DNA from: Oscillospiraceae bacterium | GTDB lineage: Bacteria > Bacillota > Clostridia > Oscillospirales > JAGBHD01 | Reading direction: 5' to 3' | Length of the DNA stretch: 62,969 nt | Assembly (NCBI GenBank): GCA_018110785.1 | Contig: JAGBHD010000030.1 | Coordinates: forward strand, 1-62,969 | Shown here: positions 56,629 through 62,969 of the stretch, in pieces | Layout: each line of letters starts with the position of its first letter | Position numbering within the stretch: position 1 is the first letter of the stretch | The notes under the pieces: generated by a model | Database searches by the model: none | Told to the model about the DNA's origin: nothing | The model's input: the letters and a program-made list of their open reading frames with translations, nothing else | Position numbers and translations under genes: made by a program

Positions 56629-57510
56629 ATGTATATTGATGACATTACCAATGCGCAGAGAGCTGAGGTTTTAACTCAGGCTCTCCCTTACATCAAGGAA
56701 TATTACGGCAAGACTATCGTTATCAAATACGGCGGAAACGCTATGATAAACGAGGATTTAAAGCAGCAGGTTATGGAGGATGTTATTTTACTTTCTCTTA
56801 TCGGAGTTCGCGTTGTTTTAGTTCACGGCGGCGGCCCCGAAATTACCGATATGCTTAAAAAGGTTGGCAAAGAGGCTGAGTTTGTTGACGGACTCAGAGT
56901 TACCGACCACGAAACTGCCGAGATAGTTCAGATGGTACTTGCGGGAAAGGTTAATAAAAGTCTGGTAAACCTAATAGGCGTTAAGGGCGGAAAGGCTATG
57001 GGAATATCGGGAATGGACGCTCATCTTATCGAAGCCGAGGTTAAAGACGAAAGGCTTGGTTTTGTAGGTAGGATAACGAATGTTAATGTTCAGCCTGTTT
57101 TAGACCTTTTGGACAAGGGCTATATTCCTGTCATTTCAACCGTTGGCTGCGATAACAAGGGTAATGTTTACAACATAAATGCAGATACTGCCGCCGCTTA
57201 TATTGCGGGGGCTTTAGAGGCTCACAGACTTATTTCCATGACCGATATTGCGGGAATTTTAAAAGACAAAGATGACCCCAGCTCTTTAATCCCCGTTATT
57301 GATACGAAAGAGGCGGTTGAGCTATTCAATGACGGTACTATTTCGGGCGGAATGATACCGAAGGTTGAATGCTGCTTAGATGCTATCAGCCGCGGTGTTA
57401 AAAAGGTTATTATTATGGACGGCAGAGTTCCTCATTCGCTACTTATCGAAACCTTAACAGATGAGGGCGCAGGAACGATGGTTATTGAGGATAAAAACAA
57501 TGAATACTAA
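56629..57510 (+). CDS. argB: acetylglutamate kinase
   Basis: VIKYGGNAM ... VHGGGP are amino-acid kinase motifs. Confidence 0.93.
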   Translation: MYIDDITNAQRAEVLTQALPYIKEYYGKTIVIKYGGNAMINEDLKQQVMEDVILLSLIGVRVVLVHGGGPEITDMLKKVGKEAEFVDGLRVTDHETAEIVQMVLAGKVNKSLVNLIGVKGGKAMGISGMDAHLIEAEVKDERLGFVGRITNVNVQPVLDLLDKGYIPVISTVGCDNKGNVYNINADTAAAYIAGALEAHRLISMTDIAGILKDKDDPSSLIPVIDTKEAVELFNDGTISGGMIPKVECCLDAISRGVKKVIIMDGRVPHSLLIETLTDEGAGTMVIEDKNNEY

Positions 57511-58663
57511 AGAGTTTGACAGCAAATATATAGCGGGCACTTATGCCCGCTTTCCTATAAATTTGGTTTCGGGAAAAGGTTCTTTGCTTTATGATAATGA
57601 GGGCAAGGAATATATTGATTTAATGAGCGGAATTGCCGTTAATACCTTTGGAACGGCTGATGAAGAATGGGTTTTAGCGGTAACTGAGCAGTTAAATCGG
57701 CTTCAGCATACCTCTAATTTATTTTATTCAGACCCCGCTCCTCGTTTAGCTTCGCTTTTATGCGAAAAAACGGGAATGAAAAAGGTGTTTTTCTCGAATT
57801 CCGGCGCGGAGGCTAACGAATGCGCTATTAAGGCGGCAAGAAAATATGCCGCTTTAAAAAAGGGCAAGGACTGCTATAAGATAATAACCCTTGAAAACAG
57901 CTTCCACGGCAGAACTATTACAACCCTTGCGGCTACCGGTCAAGAGGTTTTCCATAAGGATTTTCTTCCTTTAACCGAGGGCTTTATTTATGCTAAGGCT
58001 AACGATATCGAGGATTTAAAGCAAAAGGCTTCGGGCGAGGATATAGCCGCTATTATGTTTGAGGTTGTTCAGGGCGAGGGCGGAGTTATGCCGCTAAACC
58101 CGCAGTTTGTATCGGCTATAGCAGAGATCTCCAAAGAAAAGGATATTCTTTTAATAGCCGACGAGGTGCAAATAGGAAACGGAAGAAGCGGAAAGCTTTA
58201 CGGTTATATGAACTATGATATAACTCCCGATATAGTTACGACTGCAAAGGGGCTTGGCGGCGGACTTCCCATAGGGGCAACCCTTTTTGCTGAGAAGGTA
58301 GAAAGCGTTTTTTCCTTCGGCGACCACGGCTCTACATTTGGCGGCAATCCCATAGCCGCGGCGGGAGCTATAAGCATTATGGAGAGGCTTGATGATGAGC
58401 TTTTAAAGAGTGTTTCAGAAAAGTCGGACTATATTATTTCGGCGCTTTCGGGCAAAAAAGGCATAAAATCGGTTTCGGGAATGGGACTTATGCTCGGAAT
58501 TGAAACCGAAAAGGACGCTTCTTTAGTTATAAAGCAGTGCCACGAAAAGGGCGTTTTAGTTATTAAGGCTAAAAACAAGGTTAGGCTTTTGCCGCCCTTG
58601 AATATTCCTATGGAGCTTTTGAAAAAGGCTGTGGATATTATAATTTCGGCTTGTGAGGGATAA
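57500..58663 (+). CDS. argD: acetylornithine aminotransferase
   Basis: Class III aminotransferase (SGAEANE, DEVQ.G.GRSG, TTAKGLGGG). Start at 57500 with GAGGA RBS. Confidence 0.9.
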   Translation: MNTKEFDSKYIAGTYARFPINLVSGKGSLLYDNEGKEYIDLMSGIAVNTFGTADEEWVLAVTEQLNRLQHTSNLFYSDPAPRLASLLCEKTGMKKVFFSNSGAEANECAIKAARKYAALKKGKDCYKIITLENSFHGRTITTLAATGQEVFHKDFLPLTEGFIYAKANDIEDLKQKASGEDIAAIMFEVVQGEGGVMPLNPQFVSAIAEISKEKDILLIADEVQIGNGRSGKLYGYMNYDITPDIVTTAKGLGGGLPIGATLFAEKVESVFSFGDHGSTFGGNPIAAAGAISIMERLDDELLKSVSEKSDYIISALSGKKGIKSVSGMGLMLGIETEKDASLVIKQCHEKGVLVIKAKNKVRLLPPLNIPMELLKKAVDIIISACEG

Positions 58664-58666
58664 ATT

Positions 58667-59650
58667 ATGAATTTAAAAGGAAAGAGCTTTTTAAAGCTTT
58701 TAGATTTTTCTAAAGAAGAGATTGAATATTTAATTTCTCTTGCCGCTGAATACAAGCGCAAGAAAAAAGAGGGGATACCTCATCGCGAAAAAGAGGGCAA
58801 AAACATAGCGCTTATTTTCGAAAAGACAAGTACGCGCACCCGTTGCAGCTTTGAGGTTGCATCCTTTGACCTTGGAATGAATGTTACATATTTAGACCCC
58901 AAGGCTTCGCAGATAGGCAAAAAGGAAAGCATTGCTGATACTGCGAGGGTATTGGGCTCGATTTATGATGCTATTGAATACAGAGGATTCGGACAAGAGA
59001 TTGTTGAAAAGTTAGCTGAATATTCGGGCGTTCCCGTTTATAACGGGCTTACAAACGAATTCCACCCTACTCAGATTTTAGCCGATTTCTTAACAATTAA
59101 AGAGCATTTCGGCCATTTAGAGGGTATCAATTTTGTTTATATGGGCGATGCGAGATACAATATGGGAAATTCCTTGATGGTAGGCTGCGCTATTATGGGG
59201 CTTAATTTTACAGCCGCCGCGCCGAAAAAATATTTCCCCGACCGCGCTTTAATTGAAAAATGCGAAGAGCTTGCAAAGAAAAGCGGCGCGACGCTTCGCT
59301 TCATAGAAGACCCCATGGAAGCTACAAAGGGAGCAGATGTTATTTATACCGATGTTTGGGTTTCAATGGGCGAGCCTGAAGAGGTTTGGGAAGAGAGAAT
59401 AAAGGAGCTTTCTCCTTATGCCGTAACAGCTGATATTATGAAAAATGCAGGAGAAAAAGCGGTATTTATGCATTGTTTACCTGCTTTTCATAACAAGGAA
59501 ACTGAGATAGGCAAGGAAATCGGAGAAAAGTTCGGTCTTTCTTCTATGGAGGTTACAGAAGAGGTGTTTGAATCGGCTCAGTCGATAGTTTTTAAAGAGG
59601 CTGAGAACAGAATGCATACTATTAAGGCGGTTATTGCCGCAACATTATAA
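58667..59650 (+). CDS. argF: ornithine carbamoyltransferase
   Basis: [13 protein letters not shown] and HCLP motifs. Confidence 0.93.
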   Translation: MNLKGKSFLKLLDFSKEEIEYLISLAAEYKRKKKEGIPHREKEGKNIALIFEKTSTRTRCSFEVASFDLGMNVTYLDPKASQIGKKESIADTARVLGSIYDAIEYRGFGQEIVEKLAEYSGVPVYNGLTNEFHPTQILADFLTIKEHFGHLEGINFVYMGDARYNMGNSLMVGCAIMGLNFTAAAPKKYFPDRALIEKCEELAKKSGATLRFIEDPMEATKGADVIYTDVWVSMGEPEEVWEERIKELSPYAVTADIMKNAGEKAVFMHCLPAFHNKETEIGKEIGEKFGLSSMEVTEEVFESAQSIVFKEAENRMHTIKAVIAATL

Positions 59651-59661
59651 GGGGTTAAAAA

Positions 59662-60432
59662 ATGAGGATAGTTATAAAACTCGGAACTTCGACCTTGGCT
59701 CACGAAACGGGACTTTTGAATATTCGCAGGTTAGAAGAGCTTACAAAGGTTATGAGCGACCTTAAAAATGCAGGAAACGAGATAATTTTAGTTTCCTCGG
59801 GCGCTATCGGAATGGGTGTGGGGAAGTTATCTCTTTCTTCAAGACCTTCTGATATTCCGACAAAACAGGCGGCTGCCGCTGTTGGACAATGCGAGCTTAT
59901 GTACACCTATGATAAGCTTTTTTCCGAGTATAACCATACTGTAGCTCAGATACTTATAACCGGCGAAGATGTTGAGGACAAAGAGCGAAAGCATAATTTC
60001 GAGAATACTGTTCGCCGCCTTTTAGAGCTTGGAGTTATCCCGATTTTGAATGAAAACGATACTATCGCAACAGAGGAAATTGAAATAGGGGACAACGATA
60101 CCTTAGCGGCTATTGTTACGGCAACCGTTAATGCCGACCTTTTAATTATCCTTTCGGATATCGACGGTCTTTTTACCGCCGACCCGCATAAGGATAAAAA
60201 TGCAAAGCTTATCCATAGGGTAGAGAATATAACCGAAGAAATAGAAATGCTTTGCGGCGGAACTGCTTCGGGGCTTGGAACGGGCGGAATGACAACCAAG
60301 ATAAGGGCCGCCAAGATTGCAACTAAGGCAGGCGCTGATATGGTTATTGCGAACGGCGATGATCCGATGAAGATTTACGATATAGTTTCAGGGAAAGATA
60401 TCGGAACAAGGTTTTTATCGAAGGGAGAATAA
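59662..60432 (+). CDS. proB: glutamate 5-kinase (short form without PUA domain)
   Basis: VIKLGTSTL ... SSGAI ... amino-acid kinase fold. 256 aa. Confidence 0.9.
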   Translation: MRIVIKLGTSTLAHETGLLNIRRLEELTKVMSDLKNAGNEIILVSSGAIGMGVGKLSLSSRPSDIPTKQAAAAVGQCELMYTYDKLFSEYNHTVAQILITGEDVEDKERKHNFENTVRRLLELGVIPILNENDTIATEEIEIGDNDTLAAIVTATVNADLLIILSDIDGLFTADPHKDKNAKLIHRVENITEEIEMLCGGTASGLGTGGMTTKIRAAKIATKAGADMVIANGDDPMKIYDIVSGKDIGTRFLSKGE

Positions 60433-60435
60433 CAA

Positions 60436-61668
60436 ATGGTATCAACTAAGGAAATTTTAGTTAATGCGAAAGCCCTTTCTCTTTCGGCTCCTTTGACGGA
60501 AGATATTAAAAACCGCGCTCTTGAAGCTATGGCTAAGTCTTTAATAGACAGTACTGATGAGATATTAAAGGAAAATGAAAAGGACATAGATGCGGCAAAA
60601 GGCAAAATAAGCGATGTTATGATAGACCGACTTCGCCTTACCTCTGAAAGAATAGAGGGAATGGCTAAAGGAATTTTAGAGGTTAGCTCTTTATCTGACC
60701 CTGTAAATAAGGTTTTAGAAAGCTGCGAACATAAAAACGGGCTTTTAATTGAAAAGACCTCTGTTCCTTTTGGGGTTGTTGCTATTATTTACGAGAGCCG
60801 ACCGAATGTTACAAGCGATGCGGCGGCGCTCGGATTTAAAAGCGGAAATGTTACAGTTCTTCGCGGCGGAAAAGAGGCTTATAATTCGAGCCTTGCTATT
60901 GTTAAGGCTCTTAAAAAGGGGCTTAATAATGCAGGGGTTTCTGAAAACTATATCTCTTTAATTGAGGACACTACCAGAGAGAGTGCGAATGAGCTTATGA
61001 CGGCGAGAGGTCTTGTTGATCTGCTTATTCCGAGAGGCGGCAAGGGCTTGATTTCAGCCTGTACCGAAAATGCTACAGTTCCTGTTATAGAAACGGGAAC
61101 GGGCATTTGCCACATTTTTGTTGATAAAAGCGCGGATATAGAAATGGCGCTGAATATTATAGAAAACGCTAAAACAAGCCGTCCTTCGGTTTGCAACGCG
61201 GCTGAGGTTTGTCTTATACATAAGGATATTGCGCCTAAAATTTTAAAGGCGCTTTATGAAAAACTTTCTAATAAGGTTGAATTCAGAGGCGACAGCGAGG
61301 TTTTAAAGCATATTCCTGCTTTAGCGGCTACCGAAGCCGATTTTGATACGGAATTTTTAGATTACATAATGGCATTAAAGGTAGTTGAGGGTGTAGAAGA
61401 GGCTGTAGCGCACATTGCGGCTCATTCTACTCACCACAGCGAAAGCATTATAACTGAAGATACTGCGGCGGCTGAGTATTTTACTCAGAGGGTTGATTCA
61501 GCGGCAGTTTATGTTAACGCTTCTACCCGCTTTACAGACGGGGGAGAGTTCGGACTTGGCTGTGAGATGGGTATTTCTACCCAGAAGCTTCATGCCAGAG
61601 GACCTATGGGACTCAGAGAGCTTAATACCTACAAATATATAATTAAGGGTAAAGGACAGATAAGATGA
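60436..61668 (+). CDS. proA: glutamate-5-semialdehyde dehydrogenase
   Basis: 410-aa ALDH-like protein with catalytic CNAAE and VNASTRFTDG. Confidence 0.92.
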   Translation: MVSTKEILVNAKALSLSAPLTEDIKNRALEAMAKSLIDSTDEILKENEKDIDAAKGKISDVMIDRLRLTSERIEGMAKGILEVSSLSDPVNKVLESCEHKNGLLIEKTSVPFGVVAIIYESRPNVTSDAAALGFKSGNVTVLRGGKEAYNSSLAIVKALKKGLNNAGVSENYISLIEDTTRESANELMTARGLVDLLIPRGGKGLISACTENATVPVIETGTGICHIFVDKSADIEMALNIIENAKTSRPSVCNAAEVCLIHKDIAPKILKALYEKLSNKVEFRGDSEVLKHIPALAATEADFDTEFLDYIMALKVVEGVEEAVAHIAAHSTHHSESIITEDTAAAEYFTQRVDSAAVYVNASTRFTDGGEFGLGCEMGISTQKLHARGPMGLRELNTYKYIIKGKGQIR

Positions 61669-62471
61669 AAACTTTATTTGGATTTATCGGAGCCGGAAAT
61701 ATGGGCGGCGCTTTAGCTAAGGCTGTAAGCTCTTCCGTGTCGGGCGAGAATGTTTTGATTTCGGATAAGGACAGCGCAAAGGCTTCTGCTTTAGCATTAG
61801 AGATAAAGGCTAAAACAGAGGACAGCGCGGAAGTGGCTGAAAAGGCAAAGTTTATATTCTTAGGTGTAAAACCGCAGGTTATGGCGGTGGCTTTAGAAGA
61901 GATACTTCCCGCTCTCAAAAGCCGCACCGACAGATTTGTATTAGTTTCGATGGCGGCGGCAGTTTCTATAGAAAAAATAAAGGAAATGACCGATAAAAGC
62001 TTTCCTGTTATAAGAATTATGCCGAACACTCCCGTTTCTATCGGTAAAGGCGTTATACTTTACGATGCCTCTGAAGAGGTTGAAACGGCGGAAATAGCCG
62101 AGTTTGAAGCGGCTTTATCGGGAGCAGGTCTGCTTTCGGCATTACCTGAGAAGCTTATTGACGCGGGCTCGGTAGTTTCGGGCTGCGGTCCTGCATTCGT
62201 TTATCTTTTCGGAGAGGCTTTAGCCGATGCGGGGGTTGAATGTGGACTTCCGAGAGAAGCGGCTTTGAAATTCGCGGCGGCAACCCTTTCGGGCGCAGGC
62301 GAGCTTCTTTTAACAAGCGGCAAACACCCCGGAGAGCTTAAAGATGCTGTTTGCAGTCCCGGCGGAACTACCATTGAGGGGGTTCATTCCCTTGAGGCTT
62401 CGGGCTTCAGAGGGGCAGTTATGGACGCTGTTCGGGCTGCATTTGAGAAAACTAAAAAGCTTAGCAAATAA
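61665..62471 (+). CDS. proC: pyrroline-5-carboxylate reductase
   Basis: FIGAGNMG N-terminus and C-terminal SPGGTT motif. Confidence 0.92.
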   Translation: MKTLFGFIGAGNMGGALAKAVSSSVSGENVLISDKDSAKASALALEIKAKTEDSAEVAEKAKFIFLGVKPQVMAVALEEILPALKSRTDRFVLVSMAAAVSIEKIKEMTDKSFPVIRIMPNTPVSIGKGVILYDASEEVETAEIAEFEAALSGAGLLSALPEKLIDAGSVVSGCGPAFVYLFGEALADAGVECGLPREAALKFAAATLSGAGELLLTSGKHPGELKDAVCSPGGTTIEGVHSLEASGFRGAVMDAVRAAFEKTKKLSK

Positions 62472-62500
62472 AAAAGTCGGAGAGGTTCTCCGACTTTTTT
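62472..62500 (+). terminator. intrinsic terminator of the arg-pro cluster
   Basis: AAAAGTCGGAGA-GGT-TCTCCGACTTTT followed by TT. Confidence 0.8.
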
Positions 62501-62611
62501 GATAAATTGCTTTGCAGATAAATCGCCTGCGGCGGGTAAATTGCCTTCGGCAAGTAAATAGTTCGCTAAAGCTCAACGGCTAAGGTGTCAGCTTAGGCTG
62601 ACGGATTTAAT
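62501..62611. repeat. RRTAAAT boxes alternating with unrelated GC-rich mini-hairpins
   Basis: Boxes GATAAAT (62501), GATAAAT (62517), GGTAAAT (62535), AGTAAAT (62553), and an inverted ATTTAAT (62605). Intervening hairpins are TGC-TTT-GCA, CGCC-TGC-GGCG, TTGCC-TTC-GGCAA and GTCAGC-TTAG-GCTGAC. Confidence 0.7.
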
Positions 62612-62645
62612 ATGTAGGTTTAAGAGAATAGAGGGTTGATAAAAT

Positions 62646-62963
62646 ATGAGTTATAATGAAGAATACAATTCTTTTAAAGAGATAACTGAAAACCCTATTG
62701 TTTTGGATTTTGAGGGTTGCCACAATTTAGGTGAAATCCACCTTATTTTAAAAGAAAAATGTGGGCTTCCCGAATATTACGGCGAAAACCTCGATGCATT
62801 GTGGGACTGCCTTGATGGTCGTTTTGAAGGGGAAGTTTTAGTAGAGGTAAGAGGTTATGCTTCTCTTTCCGAAGAGTTAAAAAGTACCTTGCTACAAATT
62901 TTCGATATGTTCCAAGATTTAGAAAAAGAAAATACCGAATTTAGGTTTAATATAGTATCATAA
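62646..62963 (+). CDS. barstar-family ribonuclease inhibitor
   Basis: LPEYYGENLDALWDCL is identical to the core helix-2 motif of B. amyloliquefaciens barstar as I recall it. 105 aa. Confidence 0.88.
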   Translation: MSYNEEYNSFKEITENPIVLDFEGCHNLGEIHLILKEKCGLPEYYGENLDALWDCLDGRFEGEVLVEVRGYASLSEELKSTLLQIFDMFQDLEKENTEFRFNIVS

Positions 62964-62969
62964 AGAGGA

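Overview
AT-rich chromosomal window from a spore-forming Firmicute, probably Clostridia, judged from the sporulation genes yqfC, yqfD, sigK, an alpha/beta SASP, pdaA, ylmC/ymxH, ytvI-like and ylbJ-like. About 90% is ordinary core content: rplU-rpmA, rpsB-tsf, proS, class I lysS, asnS, potABCD, phoH-ybeY-era-yqzL-recO-mutS2, feoAB, a sugar ABC importer, malQ, and a 10-gene argGHCJBDF-proBAC block behind ARG-box-like operators. There are two tRNAs, Val-GAC and Leu-CAG. I found no mobile-element genes, CRISPR array or recognisable defence system. Accessory-looking genes are few: an orphan AgrC/AgrA-like two-component pair, XRE plus a small ORF, a Fic protein next to tRNA-Val, an ECF sigma/anti-sigma cassette, and an orphan barstar-like gene. 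The unexplained signals are non-coding. (1) A ~220-nt ORF-free segment at 36478-36699, upstream of the ECF sigma gene. Conserved 9-nt boxes alternate with unrelated perfect mini-hairpins, and the boxes of the two halves are reverse complements of each other. Together they predict a ladder of nested multi-way junctions. (2) Two smaller box-plus-hairpin arrays of similar style at 38045-38119 and 62501-62611, each next to an accessory gene. (3) A GC-enriched, hairpin-dense ~160-nt element at 10343-10502. It lies behind a near-consensus promoter, a 5x heptamer repeat and a duplicated 5' fragment of tRNA-Leu, and appears co-transcribed with the real tRNA-Leu. (4) A structured potABCD leader with a 10-bp anti-Shine-Dalgarno helix. 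All functional readings of these are inference from sequence alone. No database search or folding program was available.
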